Shown: positions 1-15,000 of the stretch, piece after piece
Numbering within the stretch: position 1 is the first letter of the stretch
Layout of the letters: every line of letters starts with the position of its first letter
DNA from: Phoronis australis
Lineage: Eukaryota > Animalia > Phoronida
DNA length: 64,000 nucleotides
NCBI GenBank assembly: GCA_002633005.1
Contig: NMRA01000311.1
Location: 395,874-459,873 of the forward strand
Reading direction: 5' to 3'
Notes under the pieces: generated by a model
What the model saw: the letters and a program-made list of their open reading frames with translations, nothing else
Databases searched by the model: none
What the model was told of the DNA's origin: nothing
Made by a program: the position numbers and the translations under genes

Positions 1-3000
1 ACACGAGCAAAACCTTGTTAAGAACATCCAAAGGCTATGTATGGGTGAGTCGTCTACGAAGGTTACAGCTGTGTATGTGCCAATAAACGAAACACTAGTA
101 TTATTTCGAAAACTCTCATTCTATTAGACAAAGGTGCACAGACCTAAGTACGCGTATATGATTTTCATCAACTTCTGTCTTAAATTTATGTCTAGTGTTA
201 TTTGCATAGACGGAATTAACGTTTTTTAAAAGTCTAGCGTCATGAAATCTTACTCCTATTTAGAGTGACATATAAACATACATCAGATAAATAATAATAA
301 AAATATAACCGACTAAATGGATAAATTTGTCACCTTCAGTTCAGAGTGCACGTACGGTAAAATTCATTTCCTTCATTGATTTCTCTGAAAATTTCCGGCG
401 ATGTCAACCCCTACCATTTTTCCTCAATAGCCTACCTAGTGACAAGCGAGCTCTACTACCCCCTGGACTACCTCTACAACAATGCGACGATCATCCGCCT
501 CAACAGGGGATTCTCCGAGGGCCGCTTCGACCTTGTTGCCGACGGTCCTGTCGACTATCAAAACAACAGTGTGGAAGAAACCTCCGTAAAGCTTGACCGA
601 ACGAAGAAACAGTGTCTCACGGTAAGGCTTTAGAGCTACTTCCATTGTACCAGGCTCCTTCACAGCGCCCCCAAGTGACCAGAGAGACTGAACCAAGAAG
701 TTGTAGATGGCGTATCAAATCCCTCACCGAAGAAACAGTGTCGTACGGAAAGGCTTCAGAACAATATCAGCTTACAGAGAATGCGACGAAATAATGGGAA
801 TGTAATTTTTCAGTCGCTGTAGATTGACCGCGTTTACACGGACCATCGAGCTTTATGTTCATTTTTATCAATTGTAACTAATTGATGGCGATGGTGACCG
901 AATTAATTGGTAAAAATCATGCAATGTAGACAATCGACATGTGATTTGCACAACTACAAATATCGTAATAGTTTTCATTCACTATAAGTTTTCAACAAAT
1001 GACGATCGCCATTGATGGTATACGAAATTGAACTTGATGTTCCACAACATGTCTTTTCTTTAATACCCTGCGAAATCTGTTTATATCAAGTGTTCTCACA
1101 TTCATGACAAAATGTTCGCGAAACAGCGCTGCTTATATAACCACACGATTGTGTAATGAATCTACGCTCGTTTTCAGATTCCCGGATTGAATACCGGAAA
1201 ACACAACTGTTTTGTGAACCCCAACAACTGCAGCAATGGCTTTTCGTTCGGACTGTGGGTCTACCTCGAAGCAAATGAGATCAACCGCGGAGACATTACC
1301 TATTTGGCCGCAACTGGTGAGAGAATGTTTATGTTTACCGAATGATATCAATAGTGATGCAGAATTCTTTATACAACATACTCTCTCCTTTTTGTCTTTG
1401 GAATTATTTAATAGATACAGTTCATATGTAGATCTTTGATGACGCAAGCACTGAATACGCAAACAGTGTCCACAGTGACAGTGATTGAAAACGTGGACAT
1501 CAAACCATATATGTAGAAACTATTCAATCTCAGTGATCGAGAATTTATTATAACGTTTAGTTGGAATACATTTTGACAATGCTGCGAAAATTATTTTCTA
1601 GTTTAATAACGGAAATCACTTTATGCCACTAAACACAAACATCAAAAACCCGCTACAATGATCCATTGATTATTAAAATAGTTAGGTGGTACATGACATG
1701 TCACTTTGCCCATAAAAGTTCTCAGTGAAGTATCTAGAAAGCGGCAAAAACGAAGATGAATCATGTCACTGGTTACCCTTTCCAAGCACGTTCTTCGCCA
1801 AAGTTGACAGTTAGCAGCTGACCCCAACTTATTTCATTGAGATGCTAAAAGGGTCTTGGACGCTCTATTAGCGAGATTGGTGTGAGACAGCCTTTAACGC
1901 TGACATACACAACTAATTGGCAGGTCCCGGTGCAGTGGGTTGGTTCTTGTACCGTGACGGCACTCTAAAGACGCTGAACGCCGAGGTTAACGACGGTGTG
2001 AATGTATGGAGAGTGAGAATGAAACTGTCAAAGTTCAATACAAGTCAATGGCAAAACCTTGCTCTGAGATGGAATAAGAAGGACGGTCTGCAGGTGCGTA
2101 GGAATAGTACTAGACTAAATAGACATCTGATAGCACTTGTTACCTGTCCTTTTATATTTTTATATTACCTTTTAAAGGTTAAACTCTCTTAGCCATCTCT
2201 TGATATTTCCAGGCTCTTACCTCCAAGTACCGTACATGTTCACAGTATTTCCTAGCTAAAACTATCAAATTACGTTACACTGAATTCAATTTTGTAAACT
2301 ACATAACTGGATTTTTATACCTTATTAGTCACATTTTGTTACTAAAATATGAATGTCTTGGCAATTTCCTTGATTAAAAAGTGCAATGCGTAAAGATTCG
2401 GAGAACCAAATTCAAACAGGTTGTGACCTGAGGCAACCGTTTCAGGCGAATTTGATGAGCTTAGACATATGTAACACCAACTCTTTCTGTGAATAATATT
2501 GCAAAAATTTAGTGCAGTTTAAAGTGCAGTTTAAACTGCCGTCTTCTGTCAGACAAGCAGCGCAATATCGCTTACATTATCTATATGTTGAAGTGTTACA
2601 CGTATATCTCAGCAACCGAAAAACGACTAAAATGTAAAAGCCTTTTGATTCTTCGCAGATTTTCCTTCAAGGCAGAATTGCGGATGGAGTCGGACAAGCC
2701 CATACAAACGAGGGTGGGAAAAAGATCGAGGCAAACCGCATAACGATGGGATGTTTATTTGACGGTGTGAATGTAGTGAACAAAGATTATGGTAGCTTTG
2801 GGTTGGACGAAGTGGCCTTCTGGGACCGTTACCTTAGTGACGAAGAGCTAGGCTACTTCCCGGGCGCTGTTAGTGAGTACATGAAATCCCAGGTTTATTC
2901 TATTTTAAACATTTGTATGACTCCAACAATAGCAATGCATGAATATACAAAGCCTACAAAGGGTCAAACGCCTTTCAGTATGTCGTCCTGGAAAGCCTCA

Positions 3001-6000
3001 AATGTAAGACTGGATATTTTCTTTTGCAGTAACCAAAAAAAAATCGAGTACAAACCTCAAACTTATGGTCACTAGAAAGCCAAATATAAATATTAGAATC
3101 GCTTCAAGTTGTTAAAATACTGTAGACTTTTAATTCTCTTAACATAATTTTGAATAGACCTTTAATCTTAGTCAGTAAATATTTCCAGTGGCGGATCTAG
3201 GATATCACAAGGATACCAAAATTNGGTTCCTACAAGAAGCAGATTCTCTAGTTCTCCTAAATCCATAATATGTGTTTGTATTTGTTGCATTTTCTTAAAG
3301 AACATACAGTGTATGGCCCACTCTCGTCTTCCTTGTAAAATGGTCGTATCACCGGCCACAACTCAATATTCACACGAGACATGACACTTTACTTCCAGTC
3401 GAAGTTGATAAACCAATCAACAAATACGATGACAGCGAAATCAAACCAGTTGAGCCGCCAGTCGAGCCGGACCCTAACCCTGTTTATAAAAACTCGGATA
3501 ACTACAAAGACCTCACAACTGCTGTCACTACCGTGTCTGGGAACGTCACGTCTGTGACTGGTCGAGGTAAACCAGGCCAAGCCAAGCCAAGTTTGCAACT
3601 GAATGACAAAGGAACGAAAGCAAAAGTAAGCTTTTTGTTATGTTAACAAAATAACTTATTTACATGCATTATAATTGGGACATAGGTCACTAATGACCCC
3701 TTGCCACCGTAAATCAAGCGGTTAACTATTGTGAAACGGGGACAAGGGGACCATTGCGAACGAAGTTTTGCCCGGTTCATAGTTAGGTCCTATTTGACAT
3801 GAAAACGGCTAATTTTCTGAAAGCGTGTTACTTTCTTACCCATTACCCTATCATAAAAATCGTGAATGAGCTGATTACATCCTAACATACTATGTCGGGG
3901 GTGTAGTTTCAGTATTCAAAACTCAACTCGAAAACTGACCAATTGCATACATGTCACGACTTGAGGAAACTCAGAAATTTGTTCTCGAATCATACAGCGT
4001 GAATGGTTGACTTTTGAGTCTGATTGTGGCTCGAGTCTGAGTTTGGATATTAGATTCAATACAATAATCTTTGAAAATTCCTCGAAGGGAGCTACTGTAT
4101 GCGTGCAATTAGTCAATTTTTGACACCAGCTCGCGACCCGGGATTTAATCTTCAAAATTCAGACTCTATTCATACTTCCTTTCCAGTAAACTTCGAAGTT
4201 AATTGCACTGAATCTAATCTCCAAATTCAGACTCTACTCAACCACGCAGCAAAATTTCCAATTGACAAGAAGTATGACATGGAATTAGTCGATTCTCCTG
4301 CCGAGTTCAGAGTACAGAAATTAGGCCCTGTACCTTTACTCTGGTTTCAAAATTGTCCATACTATGACAGCAATAGACTTATTCCATAAAAGCATTGGGA
4401 GACCACCAGAGATATTTTTTTCAACGTTCGGAAATTCTTCCTTATTCGCTAATGTCCCGGATGACCTCCTTTCATTGAATGGGAGGGTTGGAAAATCTAC
4501 CGTGACGTTGAGTGTCCGGGTCTTTATAATTTGTGTTTTAACAATTGAGTTTTAAGGAAACGTTTCTTTAAGTTAAAAATGACAAATACTTTTTAACAGT
4601 TTGCCGACGATAAAGAAGGTTTGGAGAAGTGCAAGGAAGGTATATCTCGCGCTCTCTGGCTGAAGATTCCCGCCAATGTCCCGGCTAGCCCGGGCACTAT
4701 GGGCGGAACGGGCTCAAAACTAATCTTGGAGTCAGCAGACGCGTCCACAAGCGATGTGTCGTATCAACTGCTGTTAACGGCTGATGAGGCTATTATGGTG
4801 AAAGGTGAGATCAACAAGCGTAATCATTACTTCCATCTCGTCCCCCCACCACCACCGCTACCGTCATCACCAACACATTGTAAGCACTGCTGCCATTGTC
4901 CACATCAACATCATCATCAACAACATCACCATCACCGTTATTGCCTCGGTCGTTGATGTAACCATAGTAACTCCGCCACCTTCAACAATGTGGGTTCCAA
5001 AAGAATATCCTTATCATCGCCAACAACAGCGTCGTCATCAACAACAATGCATTCCTCATGATAGTTAATCATAAGTAATCATTGGTGGTGCAATAACTAG
5101 TAGTTTTCTTGAACAATGTAATACCGCCACCCGTCTAAGTTTTCAATGATTACAATAAGTATTGACAATGAGATTCATCACGTATAACACCAATCCCTTA
5201 ACCAGAGTCATTCACCGACTTCCAATTTTAAATTTTCTCTGCGGAAATGTCTTTACCATAAACACCTTTCCTGTCTGCAACTACATTCATTTTCAGTAAA
5301 ATACTACAAACAGAATAAGACAGAAGGCGGTTCCATTGAGTCCACGCACGTGATGGAGTCCTTCAAGATGGTAGACCTTCGCTTCCGACGAAATGGATGG
5401 AATAACGTGGGCTTCTCTGTCCACTGTTTCTTGGGCTTAGTCGTTTTCATAAACGGCGACACGGCGAAGGGAGAGCAGACTGTAGATTTGGTTGCTGTGG
5501 TTACTGGCAGGAAGAAGCGCGCCACGGTAATACTGTTTCCTTTATTAAAACGGCTATAAACCCGCCGTCCATTACAAAAAACAACTTCTGATTTAGACAC
5601 AAACCGTTATGAAACCGGTCTCGAAAAAACGGACTGTTCAGTATTTCTTGAGCCCAAACTCTGCAAATAAGATTTTCATGGCATGTCAGTTATACGCCGA
5701 GGATGGTCTCAAGGAATAACGAGCTCATAAAGTTCATTGAAACTACTTTTCACCTGAATAAGGATCAAGTTTTGACCAACTTTATAGCACTACGTTCTCT
5801 GAATCAAAAGTTCACTTCTTGGACGGAAGCGACTTTTATAACCGATTTACTAATAGGTTTATCATACGTTCGCAAATAGTCTTTCATTACATTCTCACTA
5901 TGAGCGCATACTTTCGGAGTTTGAAACAGCTTAAAATGCACATGACTGCCTCTTGTTCTCTGAAGTTTTGACTTCAAGGTTTGGAAAGCTTCGCCGCTAC

Positions 6001-9000
6001 CAGGAGCGTAGCGTCTCCATGCACATGCGTTGGCCACGTCTTTTCCTAATGACTGGGGTGCAAGTTTTCACTGAATGTGTTTCACAAAACTAACTGCCAA
6101 GTCTTAGACCTTTTGAGCATAAAGACAGACACTGATGTAATGAAATCAGCCTGTTGCAGGCTCATAGAACTAAAGTCTTCGTCCTCAAAGCTTTGTTAAA
6201 CGTAATAAGTTATACGCCAGAAGAAATTTGCATTGCCTGAATGTCCGTGCTTAGTCACAAGATGAATTTTCCCAACTAGTCACAAGTGACTGATAGCAAC
6301 AACATGTGTCTCAAGCCATATGTTGCACTATAGGGAGGAGGAGGTACAAGCGAGGTTTTCATAGGCAGTGACGATCCAGTCAACAGCCCCACTATCAGTG
6401 GCCTTCAAGTATCTGACTTCGTCGCTTGGAACCGTTTCCTTTTCGAGTTCGAGACGTACCGATTCGTCGGCAGTACACCAGAAGAAATGTACCTGTACAA
6501 GCACACCAAATACTATTGGACAACCGATTACTTTACGAACAACGATTTGGTGGCGTCAGGCGAATCAAACCCCGTGTACATCACGTTGGCTTCGACGACC
6601 ATGTTGGTTCCCGGTCGCAAGGGTAAAGGAAAAGCATTGAAGCTGCAGTCAGATATCAACGGCTGGGCCATGCTTGGTGAGGACTTTAAGATAATCTAGG
6701 GTGTGCTAATTGTAGACGAATATGCTCACGACTCCATAACTCTATTTGTCATACCTAAAGTGAGTGGAACGTTTGATTTATATGAATGAAAGCAGACTAA
6801 AATATTTAAAATGACTTTCAAACTGAAATACAGCCAACTGCGATGCAGACCGATATTAAACATTTATACGTTTTTAAACAGATGCAGCAGGATACATCCG
6901 CCCACCATCGATATCTGTAGTGGTTTAGTTTGTCATAATATATATGAACTTTTGTCTCATCCTTACATGTTACTTGTTTCCCTGTAAACTAGCTTCGGTA
7001 ACTTTTGTATACATATATAACGGTTGTAGTTATTGATATCTGTATTAGTCTATTTTGTCATAATGTACATGACATTTATACGTTTATATGTGAATAAGTT
7101 TAGCGGCAGCCTCTCTTATAGGCAAAATGAGTTGACTACACGACAGTGTTGTCAGTTGGCAGATTTTATACAAATATGTTACATGTACATACTCTTTCGA
7201 ACTCTCGGCAAAACTGTCGACCCTCCAGAGAAGAATTATTCAGCAGGTGCATGTATATGAAGGTGACATAATTTTCGCTGGTGTTTGTCTTACAGGCGGC
7301 GAAATGACGCCCTACCTAAATTCGTCCACTGGAAAGTTCTGCGAAGAATGTCTCAGTGATCCATCGCGGTGTCCAGACGGGCTTTCTATCGGCTTCTGGA
7401 TAAAACTTGGTGAGCATCACCACGCAGTCTCGCTGCAAACGTCAGTTGTACGTATAAGAAGCAACCGAATTTTGTTACACTTGGCACTATTTGCAGGAAG
7501 CCCCGTTCACGTATGTGACATGTCCACCGCTTTCATGTTGCATCTGATTACCACAAACGCATATACATGCAACGTCTTCTGTTTGCAGATACGAGCTACA
7601 ACGCAGGACGCTACTTTATTCTCAGCAGCGGCGAACAAGACTACCAGTCTCGAGGTTTCTCCATTTACCTGGAGAATGGTGTATTGACGACCACCATTGC
7701 CAACGGCCAGAGATATTGGGTGGTGCCGCTGCAACCGGAGCGCTTTGTAAAAGGTATCTCTGTCACAACTTGGCAGGACACTTATTACCAAACACCGTAG
7801 AGAAACTGAGAAATCTCTTAAGTATTTAATTAACAATTTGCTTACACTGCAATAAGAATTTTCATGGGTTTGAATCCCGCACAAAATTCTGCAATTACAT
7901 GTAGGTCGTGAAAGAGACGGGACAATAATTTTCATTTCCCCTGGTCGCCTTGATAATTTCCGTGTTACCTCATTGGTCTCCACGACTTTCTTGAGAGGCG
8001 CCTTGTGGCGACGAAACAGGCCCCCCATTTCGTGTGTGATGCTAAGCTACAACGTGTTTAAAGCTTAGTGGATTGACGCCCAGGTCGCCACAACTTTCGA
8101 ATAGCTGTTGCGGGGACGACATGGGGCCAACAAGATGGCGCCCTTATTTTGTGACTGCAAATCATCCGTTACCTGTGGTGAAAAGCAAAAAGAAACAAAC
8201 GGAATGTTACATTCACGCAGTTTATAACAACTCATCTGGGCATTTTCAGATAGGCACAACGCCTCATCTTACCCCGATTCCGAAGCCTGCGAGCATTGTT
8301 AACTTACCATTTGGAGATTTTGAACTATGTTTTTGATTATCCTATTTCTCTAAATATATTTAGTTTTTGTTCTATTTGTGGTGTAAAGTAAACAAATGCA
8401 ATGAGATAAAAATGTCCAGTTTTCCCTACGTAATTTTAATTTATACTAAAGGTCAATCGTTCCTCAATTACAAACATAATGTAACAACTAGCTATCCCAT
8501 TGATTAATTACTCATTAATTTTTAAAGTGTCATTCACAGAAGACTTGATGGTAACGTGTTAATCTTTAACAGCTTAATAAGATATCCAATTACTAGAACA
8601 CGTTTATCATAAATCACCATAGCTACGCAAAACATAGCCACTTGACAATCAGTCCACAAACAACGTTACACGGCATGGGTCTTAATGACCAATTAACCGT
8701 GCAAAAACAACAAAGGGTCGGAGCATAATCAATTTTTGTGCAAATATATGTTGTAATGACGATATTGATCGTTTGCCTTAGCCATTAAGTTCCATATCCC
8801 ACCATCGATTCTCGTTTTTATGTATATTTAAGTGACCATTTCCGCCAAGACAAGTAAAAGTACTACTAAACAAAACTGCAAAGGAAGAAATATTTTGTTG
8901 TGTGGCAAACTAAGGAAATGACTGACAGTATAGGGTTAATAGGAAACTTTGAGATAGTGGTACTATCCGTAACATATTATTGAAAAATGGTCCACTTGTC

Positions 9001-12000
9001 GATTAGAGGCTATCATAGTAAGACTTTTATAACTAATTTGGAAAAAACTCAAAAGTTACATAAAACAAAAACAAAAGAAAAGAAAATTGTAACAGCGTTT
9101 TTAAGATTCCAACTTGAGCATTTATATGAAACGAAATTTGGTCGTGGTTATACCGTTGCTTTGCAATAAATGTTTGTTTCTTTTTTGCTAAATTTTAGTA
9201 AGACATGGTCACGTGGCTCGATTAATGTAAAATAGCTATTAGAATAAGCTAAAAATCAAATTCTACATGCGTACTCCTTTCCAGAAATATGAGCTTTTGC
9301 ACAGTTAATTTCTACGGTCTACTTTATGTTTGGGTAAAGATACAGAATTGTCGATAAGGTTCTACATAACCTCAAGAGAACGCAATGTATCACCCGAAGC
9401 TCTCTACGATACAAAAACATAATTAGTTAAGACGTTTCGTCATATTCGCACATAGTCGTCATCAGGTTGGTGTACACTGGACGTGCGCTTTTAGGCCCAT
9501 GCTCTTGTATTTGAAGCTGTTCTTAGGCCTATAATCGAGTGTATACGCGTCGCATGCNATTAGAATAAGCTAAAAATCAAATTCTAGAAATATGAGCTTT
9601 TGCACAGTTAATTTCTACGGTCTACTTTATGTTTGGGTAAAGATACAGAATTGTCGATAAGGTTCTACATAACCTCAAGAGAACGCAATGTATCACCCGA
9701 AGCTCTCTACGATACAAAAACATAATTAGTTAAGACGTTTCGTCATATTCGCACATAGTCGTCATCAGGTTGGTGTACACTGGACGTGCGCTTTTAGGCC
9801 CATGCTCTTGTATTTGAAGCTGTTCTTAGGCCTATAATCGAGTGTATACGCGTCGCATGCACCTACAGATAGAAGCTTGAATTCTCGTTTAAAAAACGAA
9901 AAAATGTTGATTTGTAGGCCTATTTACTTCAAGACAACATTTTAATTTAAAAAAATTAGATTCTTTAAACTATACTACGGATGGAGAAAAGACACCGAAA
10001 ACTAAAAATTAAGCTAGACCGTGCATGGGTCAATACGCCAACGTCTTTTGTGCTCAGGGGTTACAGGCGAATGGCTTATTAATACGGCGACAAACAGTAT
10101 GGTACGAAATATCTTCTTGTCCTCCTTTGAGACGCACTCGTGGCTGCCGGCCAATAGCAGGCGATCTTCATGATGTTTCACTATTCCACCCACAGGGACC
10201 TGGATGCATTTCGCCTTCACGTGGAGCCCCTCGAAAGGACTATGGATCTACGTGAACGGAGTCTTCGTGCTCTCCAACGTCAAGGGCATCGAGAACATCC
10301 GCGAGATTGACCGTTACTGCCGCGTAATGCTCGGCCGAGAAAATGCCGACTACAATTTTGAGGGATACGCCGAGTTCGTCGTCGAAGACATTGCCGTGTA
10401 TTATTTCTTCGTTCAGGAATTCGAGTTCAGACAACGCTTCGTGCTAATTGGTAAGGGAAGATTTCGTCTCAAGTACTATGATTATTCGTAAAATGCAGCA
10501 TGGTTTCTTATTTTGAATAATTATATATAATACGAACTGGCAATGAAAAATAGTATTGTACATGTCTGAATCATTGTGGAGAAATTATGTTTAAATTAGA
10601 GAGAAACCGTCTAGGTTTAGATCAAATAAAACAGTAATACGTGATTGGGTGGCCAGTTATGACACATTCTGTTCAACATTAAGTCTGTAGTTCGGGTGAA
10701 AGTTTGCCAGTTATGGTGCGAGAGCGTGGCTTTTCAATTAAATCTTAGGTCAGTCTAAACGGTGGTAACAGTAAAGCCGACAGCCTTTTGCAAGACATGT
10801 AGCGCCTGAACCGACTTAGCAACAATTCCAAAAGTATCAACAATCAACAGTTAATAGGCTTATCAAATTTCTCTTAGACAACGAGTACTATGCCACGGCC
10901 GACTTTTACTGGAACAGAGACAAACTTATTACACAAGATCTAAGCGCAATGGCTACATTGCGCGCTAACGGAGGATCGTTCCTGGGTCCAACCGGAAACG
11001 TCACAGCAGTCGATCCATCTGTAGCCTTCGGACCAGGCGGAATGATTCATGTCGGTAAGTGGAATTGGGTGAAATGTTAATTAGTTATGAATTTTTACCC
11101 ACGGATCATCAAGGGTATGCCAGACACGTCGGAAAGTAGGGAAGGATAAAAATCATCAATTGTTTCAGAGAGAGCCAAGTCGCTAGTAACGTCAATCGTC
11201 TTAAGTGTCGCCAGCGACACCTTACGTTTGAAAAGTGTTTTAAAACATGTCTTTCATTTCAAACTTTTATGATAATTCGATTACTCTGGTGTAGAAACGT
11301 TTGAGGGACAATTTATTGTGAGGGCTGTCACAGAGGGGCGACAGTCTTCGAGGCAACCAATCAACTGTGCGACCTTATTCGGGAACATGTAGCATGCGTT
11401 TTTGAACTATAATAATTTTCCAGCGTACATCAACACCGGCTGTCTACTGGACCTCAACTGTCCCAACGGTGTTACTGTTTCCACCTGGGTGAGAATCTTC
11501 GACATTTTCGCGGGTGATGGCACAATTCACATACTCAGGTTCGTACGCTCTATGTCTCTAATGAAGTTCTTCTGTTGAACAGAATTTTAGCCTTCACACA
11601 ACATTGTTGTTGATACCACCAAATACATCGCTTTTTACTCGACCTATTTGTCATCAAGTGTCATTTTTATTGATGCATTTCAAGTACTTGAAAAGTAAAT
11701 CAATCAACTTTACCACAACCGCTACCATCACCGCCCCGCCACCAACACCGCCAGCATCACCGCCGCAGCCACCAACACCGCAGAGCCACCACCTTCATCT
11801 CGAACTTTTTGTACTGGTACACTGTATATCATTCTTTAAAACAGCATTCTTTTTGATGTATTAGAAGACACGAGAAATCTACATGTCCACTGTTATTTAA
11901 TCGATGGTGAATGATGTATTGCAGGTCTGTGGCAGACAATTCCTCTGTTGGTTTTTCGCTGGGTGCGTCTCGTAGTGCAACACCGGGCCACTTCCACGTG

Positions 12001-15000
12001 CATGTCAACATTCGCACTACCACTGCCCTCTGGAATGTCACTGCTTCACAGGTATACACGAATTTAATTGAATGTTGGTGACTCAGTGGATAATTGTTGG
12101 AGCTGATCCATAAATCCTGTTGAAACTATACTGTAAGCCAATCGTGTGCAAAAATAAAAATTAATTCTTAATTTTGTGTTGCTTAAGACATGCACTAGCT
12201 GACCAGATTCGTCTGAACTTCGACATTAAACAGTCATTAGCAATTCCAACGATTATGCAAACAAAACCAACATTATTACACTTCTTGTATCGCTTTAAAT
12301 GAGGAACGAATGTTTAGAACAACAATTATGACCTATAAGAAGAGAAAAGAACTCAATAATGACCATAAATGCTAGATTTGACCAAATCCGTTGATTAGAA
12401 GCTTCCACTGAAGCATCAGCTGATGTTAATTGATTACGCTATAGTTGCTGCCTCTCAACCGCTGGGTGAACTTGGCCTTCACGTGGGACCGATACATCGG
12501 TGTGACCCTGTTCATCGACGGCAGAGTGGCTCTGAAAGAGCGTGATAGCTACCCGGTGACGTCATCAGTCGAGACTAGCACGTACTTTCTTGTTGGTGAC
12601 GCGACCACATCGAATGTGACTCAGTTCGACATGTATAATGCTGCCATCTGGGAGAAGTACATGTACTCGAGCGACGGCAATAAATTGCTCGGTGTAACAG
12701 GTAAGTGAAACAGCTATCAACATATTCATTAGTTGTCGATGCAGGAGTAGCGTCCATCACTAGGCCCCCATTTGATCTATTAACATATTCTAACTGCAAC
12801 TTGTTTAAATAAAGCTTTAAAATTAAATAATCATACGTTGTCAATCCTCATAAATCTGGATCGAGTTCCAAAATAATTTACAAAATCCGGTGATTTTCAA
12901 GCGAGGCTATCGCTTTAGGAGAGTTATACGGGTACTAATGGGGTGTCAGCTGGTGACTGAACTGGCTTTTGGTAAACATGCAAAACATGGCTTAATATGG
13001 ACAAACCTGTTAGTGTTGCTGATCATAATGTACTTGTAGTACGTATGAAGTAGAATTTGAAAACTTTTGTTATTAAAGCATTGAAGAAAGGACTATGAGA
13101 TTATCATCGATTTCTATAGTATTTGGATTTCAGAATGAAACAAAAGAAAATACATAACATCTAGAATTTTGGTTCACTTACACATACAGGTTTAGACAAT
13201 GCATTATAAGTTTGTAATACAAGGCTATCGAATTTTTCAGCGCTCCAACATGAGTACTATATCAATAGCGACTACATCTGGACCTTCAGTGGACCTCTGT
13301 ATGACCTTGCTCGTACCCGCAAAACCATGACCAACGCTACCATTGAACAAAACACTAACCTGGCCACGGAACTCAAAGGAGCGGCTCTAGCTGTATCCTC
13401 CTCTGGTCTGTGGACCAGTCTGGGTGACTTTCAAGGAACGTGCATTTTGAATCCAGAAAGCTGCGAAGGATTTGTTCTCGAGATGTCTGCCTATCTTTAC
13501 CCGCTTTCCAAAGATCCGATTACCGGTGAAGCACCCAAAAGTTACCTCGTAAATATTGGAGCTCCAGAAGTAGGTTAGTACTAAGACAGCGGTATGTAGA
13601 CATGTGCCAAAGTGCACAAAGCTGTATATCATTTTTTTATATAGCTTTGATCCAAGGCTAGGGAATGTCACGCCATACTGCATAGAACAGCGCTGCTATC
13701 CAAAATCTACAAAATTGGAGTTCCAGTTTCAGTTTATTAGTCAGTCGAATATATAACTTAAGAGCCAACTGGTGTAAAAATCTACAGCGTCGAAGGAGAT
13801 ACAAACTAGCGTTCTCTTCAAGACGTGAAATGTTTGAGCTATGCTTCTTACCACTATAAAGCATTTCCAGCTTGAAAAAACTATAAAGCATTAACTTGCT
13901 GGAAATTGGACACTTCATAAGGATGGGAAACAGTTCTGGTATGTAAAATAGTAAAAAATAAAAATAAAACGACGAGCGTTGGTACAAAATATATTAAAAT
14001 ATTCCCTACATTTAGAGCGATGCGCTCTTTGTCAAGGGTATGATACAGACTGCCGGATAGATGGATACTAAATACAATCACACACGTGACAGCATGGTGA
14101 TATACAATAGGCAGCAGGAACAATATCGAATATTTCAATATATTTTAGTACCGACGCTCGTCGTTTTATTTTACTATTTTACTATTTTATATTCTTATCC
14201 GTCGGTAACTGCACGGCATTCCGGCATCTATTTGATTTATTTACTAGTATAGTTCTAGTAGTTCTACTCAAACATATGTACAGGCAGAACAATTTATCTC
14301 AAAACCATTCACTGAAAATTTAACTATACTTCAGGATTCCAAGGACTTACTGTTGTTCAACAACTGAAAGCGGATGGATCCAACAGCTTACATGTGTACG
14401 TTGCCAACGATGTTTATCTTTACGAGGCTGACCTGCCAGTTACCACAAACGTGTGGATGAGAGTCACTTTCGGCTGGAACATCTACCAAGGCATAGTGAT
14501 TCTCGTGGACGGCGAGGCACCAGTCTACACGGTAAGAGCAGTCACATCTTCGCTGTGTTCGCCTGTTTAAAGCGGCTATAAACCCGTGTTCCGTTCAAGA
14601 ACCTAATTTTTTATTTGGACCACTTGCCGCCATAAAATCAAATCTCAGCTTGCTGTTTACTGAGGTTTGCAAGGAATTGACAGTTTGCAGCCAACAGTAC
14701 AAGGACACAACTTCACTGGTGTTGGAAGGGTAAATACACTTTATGAAATTGAGTAAAACGTGAAAAAAGTAAGGCACCCACAGGTAACACGTGGAACTCC
14801 TAAGAAAACAATATTAGGGAACTGTTTGATGGATGTTGCAGCGTTGTGTGTAAATACCGCGAAATTCATGTGTCCGACTGTGTCATACGTGGCAGTCCTT
14901 TTGTTTCATAACGACGATGTTGAGATGAAGTATCACGTATTTGGTGACCATTCGTTTCAGAAATCGAAGAAGCGGACGCCAACCAGTAAAGTACTTGCGC

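Noticed and set aside
4805-5068. His/Pro/Gln-rich ORF tails (also ~11710-11795)
   Set aside because: Translations of intronic trinucleotide low-complexity sequence beyond the true splice donors.
7507-8336. 173-aa antisense ORF and neighbouring short ORFs
   Set aside because: Shadows of an aGPCR exon or intronic sequence; exon 7589-7753 splices in phase directly to 10196, so no extra exon is needed.
9238-9860. Recent tandem duplication
   Set aside because: Copies are joined by a single N and differ by one indel, typical of unmerged contig or haplotype overlap; needs read support.
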